DNA from: Eledone cirrhosa
Taxonomy: Eukaryota
Direction: 5' to 3'
DNA length: 64,000 nt
Assembly: GCA_964016885.1 (NCBI GenBank)
Contig: OZ024745.1
Span: forward strand, 132,184,001 to 132,248,000
The notes under the pieces are model-generated. The model was given only the letters and a program-made list of their open reading frames with translations. It was not told where the DNA came from and ran no database searches. Positions within the stretch are counted from its first letter, which is position 1, and each line of letters begins with the position of its first letter. Below, one piece after another: positions 13,506 to 26,430 of this stretch. The position numbers and the translations under genes are program-made.

Positions 13506-13705
13506 GGGCGGTGGATTGGCAGTATCGGTAGAGAGTCGGACACCATGCTTTGAAGCATAGAGTTACGTCCCTTTACGATCTGAGTTAAAATCCCGCTGAG
13601 GTTAACTTTACCTTTCATCCTTACAGGGTCGATAAAATAAAGTACCAGTAATGTACTGGGTAATTACTGGCCTTGTGCCAAAAGTAGAAAGAATTATTAT
13701 TATTA
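13506..13705 (+). mobile_element. Meta-domain-like SINE, full length
   Basis: Same family as 13230, with a GGCGG 5' acceptor-stem end. Confidence 0.85.
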
Positions 13706-13834
13706 AATACTGACAACTCAACCTGCTAGAAATAACAGCTAAATTTACTTCTTAAAAATCTCTAAAATAATGTAATCATATATACCATGAATCCTATGTA
13801 TGAAAACAAATGAATGATGATGTCTTTCATTATA

Positions 13835-14032
13835 TGAGGGGAGGCTTAAAGGTTCATAGGCTGGCTATGAAGGAGTGATGCTAGAGCTGTGAAATCTTGC
13901 ATGCATAAATTTCAACTCTTTCTATTAAAAACTGCATTGTTTCTTTCCAGGGACTATATTGAGAAATAAACCTCATTTTGTCATTCCATGAGAGTATCTT
14001 GGTCAACCTATCAACTTTCCAGTTGACCTTTA
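13835..14032. mobile_element. Mariner-type MITE, diverged
   Basis: TA|TGAGGGGAGGCTTAAAGGTTCATAGG...CCTATCAACTTTCCAGTTGACCTTTA|TA degenerate terminal inverted repeats. Confidence 0.55.
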
Positions 14033-14104
14033 TACTTGATTGGTGTTGACATGGGGCTAAACAGTGACAACTACCTTGACAAGAACATCTTTTTCACAAT
14101 ATGA

Positions 14105-14323
14105 AACATACAGACACACAGACAGACACACAAACATGCACACACACACCCAAGACACCGAAGAGACATACATACACATACACTCATACACACATGTAGA
14201 CACACACACATACATACACACACAGAGACACACATACATATGTACACACACAGAGACATACATACATACACATACACACGCAGAGACACAATACATACAC
14301 ACATGTACACATATGTATACAGA

Positions 14324-14408
<85 letters not shown>

Positions 14409-15317
14409 AGTACATGTTCCACAGTGGTTGGTCCACAATGTCTGCTCTTGTTAATTCTCTGGAGCAGCCAAATTATTGATTCCATATTGTTTTGGAAAAT
14501 ATTTCAACACCAAAATGGTGAGATGTCGGCATTACTGCTTGTTTCTCTTTCATATATGTTGTGTTACTGGTGGTGGTGGTGGTGGGAGGGGGAAGGGGGG
14601 GAGATGAGAAGGGGTGGGGGAGAGATGTGGGAGATGTGATGTGGAGGGGGGAGTGAGGGAGAGGTGGGGTGGTGGGGGCATGGTAGTGATGGGCAGATGG
14701 GCATGAGGAGGGGGAGAGAGGTGTGAGGAGAGGGGCAGAGAGAGGTAAGGGGGAGAGGGGGAGAGATGTGAGAAGGAGAAAGGAAAGCAGGGTGAGGGAG
14801 AGGGGTGAGAGGAAAAGAGAGACAGGAGATAGGGAGGAGAGAGATAGAGTGTAATAGAGGGATAAAGGAGTGAGGAAGAAGGAGTGGGGGAGAGGAGGGG
14901 GAGGAGGGGAGGATGAGGGGGGAGGTGTTGGGAGAGGGGAGAGGCACGCAGTGGTAGAGAGGAAGAGAAAGATGTGAGAGAAAAACAGAAAAAAGAGAGA
15001 GATAGAGAGAGGGATAGAGGGAGGGAGAGAGAGAGTGTTGGAGTTAGAGAGAGAGGGGGAATTGAGAAATAAAGAGGGAGTAGGTGTTGGAGAGGAAAAG
15101 AGATAGAGAAAGAGAGATCACGAAAGAATGAGGAAGGAGAGGCAGACAGATTTATGTATATATATATATATCATCATCATCATCATCATCCTTGTTTAAC
15201 GTCCACTTTCCACTAGCATGGGTTATATATATATATATAGAGAGAGAGGCAGAAGGAGATAGATAGATAGATAGAGAGAGAGAGGCATATATATATATAT
15301 ATAGAGAGAGAGAGGCA

Positions 15318-15372
<55 letters not shown>

Positions 15373-15442
15373 GCAGAAGGAGATAGATAGATAGATAGAG
15401 AGAGAGAGGCATATATATATATATATAGAGAGAGAAGCAGAC

Positions 15443-15478
<36 letters not shown>

Positions 15479-15508
15479 GCAGAAGGAGATAGATAGATAG
15501 AGAGAGGC

Positions 15509-15554
<46 letters not shown>

Positions 15555-15557
15555 GCA

Positions 15558-15607
<50 letters not shown>

Positions 15608-15610
15608 TGA
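14105..15610. repeat. Low-complexity field: (CA)n, (GA)n, a G/A-rich tract, and compound (TA)n(GA)n higher-order repeats
   Basis: Direct reading. Confidence 0.9.
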
Positions 15611-16231
15611 TGAAAGAACCAGCCTGGAATATTCACCACATGAAGCTCTACTAATCAAAGCATTTGTTATAGTTTGTAACACAATGAAATTAGTCAACTT
15701 ATTAGAGAGCTTTCAATAAAGGATGATTTTAAATGGTTTATTATTTGCCTTTATTCTGTCTGAAAAGAACCACCTATTTCTTCTAATTTAGTCATTTTGT
15801 TTTCTTTTTGTCATGCTGCACTTTTCAGAAAGATTCAATTTGCTACTCCAATCAATATGTATCATATTTTTCAAACCTGTAAAGATGACTTAAATTTGTG
15901 TGATAAAAATAAAATTGGAGCATTAAATATGTTTACTGTCAAAGAATTGTAGAAAGAACAACACAAAGAAAGAGAGAAAGAAAGAAGGAACGAGAGAAAG
16001 ATGAAATAAAGGAAAATTGCTGGATATTCAATATTTTTCTTTCTCTTTTTCTTCTTCTATTCAAATGTTGATTGAGTGAATTTGTAGACCAACAACCAGA
16101 GCAGTTTTCTTTTACCCTGTGCTTTGTTATTTTATGAATAAAAATTAACACATTCACCAAACATCTTTATATTGTATTATATTTTATTCCATTTCTGGAA
16201 CAATACTTTCTTATTGTCTCATCTGCATTAG

Positions 16232-16276
<45 letters not shown>

Positions 16277-17011
16277 GTATTTTTTTGAAATGTCACAAAT
16301 ACTTGGATGTCAGTACAAGCTTTGGTGTTTCAACTGTTATCTCAGTAATGAGATGCCATTTTGTTGTTGTCATTTTGTTAATTTATTATAAATGGAATTA
16401 GCTCCTATTCACATGATACTTGTGCTACTTTGTTTCTGACCAAAAATATTCCACTTCTTCAATATTTTCATCAACTTAACTTCTTGATCTTTCTTTTTTT
16501 GAAAAAAAAAATTCTCTGAAGTTTATTTTTTTTTTAGTATATTCATAAAAGAAAAAAAATATTTCATAGGAGGTTCTCATTGTTAATATAATAGAGGTGA
16601 AATAGTCAATTAGATATGCTGTTTACTTCCACAGAGCATGTTGTTGTATATATGAGACATGTAATAATCAACAACTCTCCTATATTCACCAGAGAAATTG
16701 AGCTCAGAATTGCAAACCAATAAAACAGTTGATTTAGAATGTTGTCATTGCTTATTTACAGTAGTGGAATTATACTACCATGAAGAAGTATCTACTAACA
16801 GAAAAGTAGACTCAGAATTTGAGAATCAAGTTTGCAATGCCAGGGACACACAGTAAGACTGGTGATAAACCTATGAATACTTTGACTGACTTTATGAACA
16901 AGAACAAGTTTGGTTCAAAGAACATATAACAAAAGTAATATCTACAATAGGGTATTGTAAATATATTCTACAAACGATATTCTAACAGTATTCTTCCTGG
17001 TTTGCAAGTGT

Positions 17012-17470
17012 CATCATCACTGTTTAACATCCATTTTTCCCCTCTAGCATGGGTTTGATGAGTTGTCCTGTTGTGAGAAATGCCAGGTCAGGTGACCATG
17101 TCTTGCTCATATAGAACTGCTTCTGGCTTGGTTTCTATAGCTGGATGTCCTTCCTAATGCCAATCACTTCATTTTACAGCATGTACTGGGCAGTTTTTGT
17201 CATGACACCCACATGACCACTTTACTGTGTGGACTGCGTGAATTTTGTTGTGACACCTACATGACCACTTTACAGAGTGGACTGGGTGAATTTTGTTGTG
17301 ACACCTACATGACCACTTTACAGTGTGGGCTGGGTGATTTTTGTTGTGACATCCACATGACCACTTTACTGTATGGGCTGGGTGAATTTTGTTGTGACAC
17401 CTACATGACCACTTTACAGTGTGGGTTGGGTACTTTTTGTCGTGTTGCCATCATGACCACTTTACAGTGA
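17012..17470 (-). mobile_element. SINE 3' part followed by a 48-bp minisatellite (~6 copies, 17170-17470)
   Basis: The (CAT)n tail and CTGGATGTCCTTCCTAATGCCAA run directly into the 48-mer array also seen at 11-312. Confidence 0.8.
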
Positions 17471-18079
17471 TCTGGGGACTTTGGTGGGAGAGATGTATGA
17501 GGATTGGGGAGGTGGGTATTTTGGTATGTGCGAGGGATGGAGTGTTAGGACATGGGAGGTAAATGGAAGAGGGTGGAGGTGAAGGTGGTGCACACTAGAT
17601 GTTTGCTTCAGCTAGTGGTCATGGGAGGTGTATGGAAGGGGATGGGGTGGAGGTGGAGATGGTGCACAATAGATGTATCCTTCAGCCTGTGCTCATGGGA
17701 AGGCAGGTCAGGCTCATAGATTATTTAAGGACACTGTAGTGATGCATAATAACAGAAAATTAAGGATATATTAAAAAGAAATGAAGTACTACTGTTTTAC
17801 AACTATTTTTTTAAGCTTGTCTCTGTGAGATTGTTCTGTACTGGAGCAAGTATTGCTATGTTGTAGTTGGATGCTCAGTACTCACTCTACTCTAAAGAAT
17901 GACTGAAACTCTTTTGATCTTGTTAGAGAATCAGGAGCAAACTAAGAGTCATGTACATTAAGTGATACAAAACTATGGTTGTAGCAAGACTCATAAAATC
18001 ATGTGTCAAGTAATTTACATTACATCATTTAACAGACATGATATTGTTTCTCTGACTCTGCCATAACTGATCCATTTTA

Positions 18080-18345
18080 TACAGTCTAAAGTCTGTTTCA
18101 TGCCAGGAGGCTCTTCAGGCCTGTGCTTATCCCACATCCTGCTTTCATGGCATGAAGTCACTGAGAGTACAAGACACCCACCCCTGGACAGGACGCCAGT
18201 CCATCACAGGATTAAACTCCCAGCTATTGCTGGTACTCATTTTCAGCCGAGTATACTGTAGCAATGTGAAATGAAGTGTGTTGCTCAAGAACACAACACA
18301 CAACTCAGGCCAGGAATCAAACTCCTGACATTATGGTCGTAAGTC
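18080..18345 (-). mobile_element. CORE-type SINE, different subfamily
   Basis: GCAATGTGAAATGAAGTGTGTTGCTCAAGAACACAACAC..GGAATCAAACTC, i.e. CORE and box B on the minus strand. Confidence 0.65.
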
Positions 18346-20520
18346 GTTTCTGTTTTAAGAAAGTATGGTGTGACTTGAGGGAGATTTGGGTGCTATTTCT
18401 ACTAGGAATCACAACCATGCAGGGACTCTATTTTTGGTTTCTTCTCATTTTGAGCAGATAAATCTTTTCTGAGACAGTTTTAACTTCTATTCAATCATAT
18501 GATGGAAAACAGGTGGAAATGGTGATGATGATTATGATGATGATGAGTATGATGATGAGTCCATGAAAGGAACATTAGTTGTGATCTGCATCAACAAAAA
18601 TAATTTAGTAGAGTCCACTGGCATAAGACCCAGTTATAAACTAGGGTGAGATCAATGAAATACCTCTTTTCTTCTACAGATGTCTTGTGCTAAATATAAA
18701 ACTGTAAAGTTGGCACAAATTCTGAAACCGAGGATTTATTTTCTCCCATTATGTTTAGTCATGTTTCTTGTTTAATAGGAGTTAAAATCCAATCAGAGTT
18801 GACTATTCCTTTCATTTCACCATGGTAAATAGAATAAGTAGCAGTAATATATTGGTTTATTCAACTGGTGGTATGGTATCTATTTACAAAGTATTTTTAC
18901 AGACACAGATCACAAAATCTTTTGCTTAGTCAAGAGAAATCAATATATACAAATATATTCTTTGAAAGAGTAATTATAGCTTGTTTAAACATTGGAATGG
19001 TACATTTGGAAGCAGTGATGAAGCATTGGATAAAATGCCAAGAGATATTCAGTTTTATCCCTTTATGTTTTGAGTTCATTTCTTTTCACGTTTGCTGTCT
19101 TTTTCATCTTAACAGGGTCAATAAAATAAGTACTAGTTAAGTACAGGAGTCTTTGGAGTTAACTGTACTGCTTACACACACTTTCAGTTTGTCACTTGTT
19201 TATTTTAAAAGTTATTATGTTAAAACTAAACCATTAACATTAGCAAAGTAAATAAATGAAATACAATATGTATAAAGAGGGAATATAAAATGTTATTGTA
19301 GCAGATTACTTCTAGTCAACATCACTCACACCTAATTTTATATAAAATAAAATTAATCTTGTCATTTTTAACAAAATCAAAATATAAAACTAAAATCAAT
19401 TTAGCTCCCTTCCCTCAAACAACACATATAATGTTGCAATAGTTGAACTGTAATAACAGTTGGATGAACTCATTGAAGACAGATGACATAAAGATAAACA
19501 AGTTTTGTCTTGTAGAATCTTAACTCAATGTCACAAGACATAATAAAGCAAACAAACATTGTATTATGGCACTTACATCAAATCGAATTACTTCTGTCGA
19601 TGACAGAGATTAGCAATGTCATAAAATACTACTGATTGACATTCTATCATTTAGGAAACTGCCATGATGGAATTATCAGTTAGAAACAGAGAGAAATTCT
19701 TTCTTCTATTTATGAAGATTAATAATTTCTCTCTCTCACTCAATCATATAAAACAATCTCGATCTGCAACTGGCAGGAATCGTAGTCTCCATTAGAGTGT
19801 GAATAAAACTAATAGCATTTATATAAGACTACAAAGGTACTTAAGTGAGTGCTTAAAACAACTACATGAATAGAACTAGTCACTAAAATTAAAGAATATA
19901 TGACTGCATGTTAGTGATAAAATTGTGTAAGAAGAAAGGGACGTATTGAATAACACAGCGGCTGTATATGATAAAAATAATATCATTTGCAGAGCAATAA
20001 TTGCAAGAATATTTATAATATATTCCATTTCTAAGGTTTTAGATGATATATGACTAATAACAAGGAATTATGCAGTATATACAACACCCTATGCATACAT
20101 AACATTATTGGCTAATATCTTTACATGTGAATATATAGAATAATAGTAAATGCCATATCTTTGTAAATACAAGCTGGAGATCAAACGAGTAAGCAAACTT
20201 GTTTTATAGAAATGATTCAGACCATATCTATGAATTATGATGAGTGATCAAATTTTCGGTTAGATCTTACAAAGTCTATCTTTTTCTTTAGAATTAGATA
20301 CATATTCATAAATGTATGTGTACATGGAATAATGTTTCTTTTAGACGTGTTATTAAAATAAATATTTATAACTGACACAAAACCACACAATTAAACCAAG
20401 ATCAGTAATTGTCTGCTGTTTATTAACACCCCAGAAAAATAAAGTCGGCGTTAGTCGGATCTAAACTTAGACTGTAAAAAAACAAAGCTAAGGCATTTTA
20501 TTCATAATCTATCATTAAAA

Positions 20521-21208
20521 TAATTGTTTCTACTTTTGGCACAAGGCCAGCAATTACCCAGTACATTACTGGTACTTTATTTTATCGACCCCGTAAGGAT
20601 GAAAGGCAAAGTTAACCTTGGTGGGATTTGAACTCAGTCCGTAAAGGGACGTAACTATGCTGGAAAGCATAGCGTCCGAGCCTCTACCGATACTACCAAT
20701 CCACCGCATCATTAAAATAATTGTTTCTACTTTTTGGCACAAGGCCAGCAATTACCCAGTGCATTACTGGTACTTTATTTTATCGACCCCGTAAGGATGA
20801 AAGGCAAAGTTAACCTCGGCGGGATTTAAACTCAGAATGGCAAGGGCTGTAACTCTGTGCGTCAAAGCATGGCGTCTGATCCTCTATCAATACTGCCAAT
20901 CCACCACCCTTTAAAATAATGACTGCTCAACAGGTTTTATTAAAATAATTTCTATATTTCCTTATTAGTCATTATATTCAGTTAGTATAACAAAACTAGC
21001 TGATTTATAAAATAATGGTCTCTGATTTAGTGGAAAGTCGATTAAATCGACCCCAGTGCATTACTGGTACTTAATTTTATTGATTGCCATAAGGATGAAA
21101 GGCAAAACTAAGTTCGGAGGGGTTTAAACTCAGACTATAAAAGGACGTAACTATATGCTGCAAAGCATATTGTCCAACACTCTAAAGATACTACCAATGT
21201 ACCACCCT
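20521..21208 (-). mobile_element. Cluster of three Meta-domain-like SINEs (20521-20707, 20718-20910, 21030-21208)
   Basis: Reverse complements of the 13230 family; the first two are head-to-tail. Confidence 0.85.
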
Positions 21209-21602
21209 ATTAATGTCATGTAAACTTGGGTGTCTGAATATTTAATACAAGGAACCATTGGTTAGAAAGAAGCTTGCAAAATATGATTTAAAAAACCTGG
21301 AATTGAGAGAAAGAATATCTCTTTTCACGGAATTGATCTTTAATTAAAGTTGAGAGAGAAAGAGAGAGAGAGAGGGGGAACTGAAGGAAAACACTTACTT
21401 AAGTGTCATTAGGTAGGATGAGACAATTCTACAAATCTTTTATAACAATAATTATAAGAACAATCTATTATTTACCAACATCACTTTGAAATATTTTACT
21501 ATTAATGTTAGTTTTCTATATTCATGGATGCCTCTGTGCTGGAAGAAGCTGTTCATAATAGAGAGTTGATTGCTAGGACAGAAGTCTAGTAAGGCTCTAC
21601 TG

Positions 21603-21958
21603 AATTGAGAGATCACAGCTTTGATACTATGGGCATGTGGTTAGATTGTCTCAGAAAAGTATCATTGGACAGATTTTATGGGCAAAACCAAATGGCAGGA
21701 GATCCAGGGTAATGAGACTGAGCAAGATGGTTGGATAACTTCCCTGAGACTGGTTGGTCTCACTTAAGGATCCAGTCAGACCAGTTGGAGACCAGATGCT
21801 TCAAAGAGGACCTGCTGGAAGGTGTATCTGAGGACACTGCCTCCACGACCTTTGAAGTAGAAGGAGGAGAAGAAGAAGAAGAAGAAGAAGAAGAAGAAGA
21901 AGAAGAAGAAGAAGAAGAAGAAGAAGAAGAAGAAGAAGAAGAAGAAGAAGAAGAAGAA
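21603..21958 (+). mobile_element. RTE LINE 3' end with (GAA)n tail
   Basis: IERSQL..YGHVVR..; homologous to 26800-27142. Confidence 0.8.
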
Positions 21959-22579
21959 TGTTAGTTTTGTTCTTTATTTGGCTTAATGTGTCAGAAAGTG
22001 CCATGCCAGTTACCTCTAATATTGCTGAGATCCACACAGTCTATGTTCAGCTTCAACACTTGTAAGTTAATATCTGCAGCAAAGACATATGTGGACTAGG
22101 GCATGAAACATAGTGTGAAGAATGAGAGGAGGTGAAATAGGTTGGCTGAGTAGAGGAGGTGAAACAGGTGAGCAGAGGTAGTTGCACCAGGCTGGTATTG
22201 GGTGCTGACATTAGGCCAACAAAGCAGCCAACTTGAGTGCAAATGTGTGAGTAAGGATGTCACTGATAATTGAAGAGAACATGGGATAATAGATGTGGTT
22301 TCTAGCTTGCAATGTCAGTGTGGGATGAAGGCTGAAGCCTCACAGTAGTTGCAAATATAGAAGTCACTGAAGACAAAGACTTCAGAGAGGAGTGATGAGA
22401 TAAAGAAGGAATCGATGCTGGATAAGAGGTAGTGGAACAGATAATAAAGGCTGGAAGAATTTGGAGCCTGGAAGAGAAAGCAGTGGAGTTCAGAGGAAGG
22501 AAAAAGGGTTGGTCTTAAGTCTTTGCTAAGGTATCTTTTTTGTATTTTAATTTTTACATTTTGCTGTTTATGTTGATGT

Positions 22580-22812
22580 TAGAATGTCTAAGGAAAGAAT
22601 CACTGGACAGATTTTACTGGTAAAACCAACTGGCAGGTAACCCTGGGGTAGATCCTGAGCAGGATTGTGAATTACATCCATGAGATTGGCTGGTTTTGCT
22701 TAGGGATCTAGCTGTATCATTTGGAAACGGTTTCTTCTGAGAAAACCTTCTGGAAAGAGTGTTTGAGGACTCTCAGGAATAAGTGGACAAAGAAGAAGAC
22801 AACGAAGAAGAA
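22580..22812 (+). mobile_element. RTE LINE 3' end
   Basis: Homologous to 26835-27060, with a GAA-rich tail. Confidence 0.7.
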
Positions 22813-23069
22813 ACTTAATATTGTTTGCATGACTATACTTCTAGTTTTTCTTTACTTTGAGGGGGTGGGGTTGTATTATTAAACATTAAAAATGCTTTAG
22901 TATTTGTTCTGGCTCATTGTGTTCTGAGTTCAAACCTGTAGAAGTCAACTTTGATATCCTTCCAAGGGCAATAAAATAAAGTACCAGTCAAGTACTGGAG
23001 TCGATATAATCTATTTTCCTCTAATTTTCTTGTTTTGTACCTAAATCAGAAATCATTATTAATGCATTA

Positions 23070-23640
23070 CAGGGTGAAGGATTAACAGTATCGGTAGAGT
23101 GTCAGATACTGTGCTTCATGGCATAGAGTTATGGCCCTTTATGCTCTGATTTATGGAGGCACATGGCTTAGTGGTTAGAGCATTGGCCTTGCAATCGAAA
23201 GGTTGTGAGTTCAATTCTCAGACCGGGTGATGTGTTGTTTCCTTGAGCAAGACACTTTATTTCACATTGCTCCAGTTTACTCAGCTGTAGAAATGAGATG
23301 ATAGGGACTGGGGTCCCTATCATTCCACTGCAAAGTGGTCGTGGGGGTGCCACAGCAAAAAAGCACCCAGCACTCACTGTAAATGAGGTTGGTGTTAGGA
23401 AGGGCATCCAGCTGTAGAAATCAAGCCAGAATCAGTTCCCGTCCCACCCTTGCAAGCAGGGAAAAAGCGAACGTAAAATGAAATGATGATGATGATGATG
23501 ATCCCACTGAGGTTAACTTTGCCATTCATCCTTACGGGGCCAATAAAATAAAGTACCAGTAATGCACTGGGTTTGATTTAATCAATTTTCTCCCTAACTA
23601 GAATTGCTGGCCTTGTCCCTAAATTAGAAACTATTATTAA
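23070..23640 (+). mobile_element. Meta-domain-like SINE, long form, split by a CORE SINE insertion
   Basis: The head at 23070-23153 and the remainder at 23502-23640 join at box B. Confidence 0.8.
23155..23501 (+). mobile_element. Full-length tRNA-derived CORE-type SINE with (GAT)n tail
   Basis: GGAGGCACATGGCTTAGTGGTTAGAGC..GAGTTCAATTC, a CORE-like block and an RTE-like tail. Confidence 0.85.
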
Positions 23641-24574
23641 TGTATCTTTTTTGACTGAGTGCTTTCTATATAAATGTTCAACTAGTTTATAACTAAGGTG
23701 AACTTGGTTCACATATGACTTTACTGTGTTCTGTCTATTGTACTTGTGTTGGAAATTGTTTTCATATTCTGTAGATTTGTCTACGTTGGAACACACACAC
23801 ACATACACACACACACATGCACACACAAATAGGTGTATATGTATGTGCTTGTATATATGTGCATGTGTGCTGGAAAATTCATAACACTTTCAATGCTCCA
23901 AGGGAAAAATCATTATTTTATTTGTTTTATTAAAAAGAAATTTAAAGTGAACAGATGTGTTCAAATATATATATTTTCTTCAAGTTCACCTAAGCATATA
24001 TAATGAATGACACATGAAGATCAAAAGTGAGCAATGAATGATAAGATACATACATAACTCACAGTGGCTTTTTGATGTTAATACACATCAAATTATATTT
24101 TCAATACATTTCACATACACCATGATGAGAATAAAAATCACCCTCTTCTACTTATTTTCCATTCTGGCATGAGACTAGAACTAGACATATAAAACAGGGG
24201 ACAGCTATTGCAGTTTCTGGAATTATCAAGAGAAATTTCCTGTGCCAGTTCTAAAAGAACACTTGGGACGAACTTTGGTTTATCCTGTGAAGGGGATGAA
24301 GGACTTCTGGGATGCAACATTTTTTTGCTATATATTTTAATTATTGTAATATAACTGCAATCTTAGCCAACAGAACCATAGAGAAGAAATCACATATACA
24401 ACACCCAAGAAAGGAATATACAGAAATGGTGAACAATGAAAAAAGACAACATGGAGCTATATTTCCCACCATTATACAAGCTTGTGGTAGAAACTCATGA
24501 TACAGCAGAATTAACTTAAAACTCAGCAACAAAATTTAATAATTTTACTGTATATAGCTGCAGTAGAAGTAGAC

Positions 24575-24737
24575 TGGGAAAGACCTGGGCAGATGTGATG
24601 AGAACTAACCTCAAATCACTGAGACTCACAGAGGAGATGACAAAGGTAGGTGGTGAGTGGAGAGATGCTGTGCTTAGAAGGACCTATCCAACCCATGAAA
24701 ACATGGAAAAATGAATGTAAAAACGATGATGATGATA
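24575..24737 (+). mobile_element. RTE-like LINE 3' end, second family, with (GAT)n tail
   Basis: Translates GKTWADVMRTNLKSLRLTEEMTKVGGEWRDAV, followed by CCAACCCATG..CATGGAAAAATG..GATGATGAT. Confidence 0.65.
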
Positions 24738-24912
24738 TGTAGTTATTAGAGGAAAACACTGACTACAACGTTTCAATGTAGTTTCCCTGTTATATCTCCA
24801 GCATTTATACATCAAGCTATTTTGTAATCAAAGAATGTTAGCTTATCTGAAACAGTGGCTGTTGTGGTGCACCCAAAATTCATCTTTGCTTAAGAAAATC
24901 TATAACAAAACA

Positions 24913-25294
24913 GCTACTTTCGGGTCCAAACTAATAAGGGGTTTGGATAAGCAAGGGGGAGGAGAAATCACTAATTTTTCTATGTTGTCTCTGATTCTTT
25001 TTAAAAACCAGAATTAGCTGTTTAGTTTACATATTGAGATCCTAACCCATCCTATTTATTTTATAACGTATGGGATTTCTTGTAATATACTTCTTTTTTT
25101 GTCATGTATAATGTTTTTTAATGTCCAAAGAAAATTAATTGTTGCAGGAATGCTGCCACTTAAAATAAAGTTTCGCTAAAGATAGATTAGGAAAATTTGA
25201 TAAGCGGGTGGGGGTGGAATAAGAGCAGGGTGTGTTGGAAAATATCTGAACAATTAATAAGCAGGGTGTTGATGATTATTTGAGACCTAAGAGT
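24913..25294. mobile_element. Probable MITE with degenerate terminal inverted repeats
   Basis: TACTTTCGGGTCCAAACTAAT...ATTATTTGAGACCTAAGAGTG, with internal ATAAGC(A/G)GG repeats. Confidence 0.4.
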
Positions 25295-26430
25295 GGATGA
25301 TGAAGCACAGTTTTCAATCAAGTGTAAATATGTGTTAAAACATGCTCCATTGTTACATCATGGACAGCAATAAGGTTAATGAGAGAGATTTAGTTGCTAC
25401 ATTAAGTAGAAGCCACTCAATTTGCATAAAGTAGTAGACATGGTAGAGACAATAAAGCACCAGGGTCATTGTGTTCATTTATCTTCAACCATCAAATGAC
25501 CCCTAAAATAAGGATCAATAATAGACTGGATTGTAAAAAAAATGTTATATTCTACTTTTTAGACAAGGGGAATTGTGCTAAATAAGAATAAATCTATATG
25601 AGAGGTTAAGGTTTAGTAGCTGATTCTTGCCTTTCATTTAATTGGTGTTGGTAGAGTAATTACAACTAAGTACCAGTAACTAGAAGAAAAATTATATTTG
25701 TACATATGTAAAAAAATAATATTAGAGCTTAATTAAAATCGTTAAAAGTTCTTTACATGATTTTTCAACATATTTTTTAATATCAATAATGATTATATCT
25801 GTGAAATAATTAATTTTGCTGATATATATTGGTGAAAATGTAGAATAATTAAACAGTGTTTTGTATTTAAAACCAAAAAATAGGGTTGGTCAAAATATTG
25901 AAATATTAGTCAATAAAATTTAAATAATGTTTTAAATCTTGAAATAAAAAAGAACAGGAAAATATTAAAAAGAATCAAACGAGAACTTTATTACATAACT
26001 TTAGTTAAACTTTATTAAAAATTCAGTATCTTAATATTACCACTGTTAATATTAGTTTTATTTAGATTTATTGCCAGCTGAGTTAATGGACTTGTACTGT
26101 ATTGAAAACATAAATTATGCTACCATAGTCCCTTTAGCTGGGCATAAGCATCAAAGTAATTAGAATTCAACCTATATGAAAGGGACCTACAATTGACAAT
26201 AATGTTGGATACTCGGCAAGTGGTCTGCGTTTTTGGTTAAACAGTTCAATTCCTTTCTTGTTTGTAGTAGTAAGATAGGTATCTCTGACCTTCTCTAGAT
26301 ACATTGTGAAGATTAATTCTCTAAGCAGTTTTGTATCCCTTTGGTTTAATAGATTTTGAAACTCCTACACTGTAATGGTAATAGATTTATACAAGGGAAT
26401 ATCTTGAGTTTTAGTCATTCTTCTACATGT

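Noticed and set aside
23155-23230. tRNA genes, also at 33457 and 13506
   Set aside because: They are tRNA-derived SINE heads continuous with CORE or Meta bodies, not stand-alone tRNA genes.
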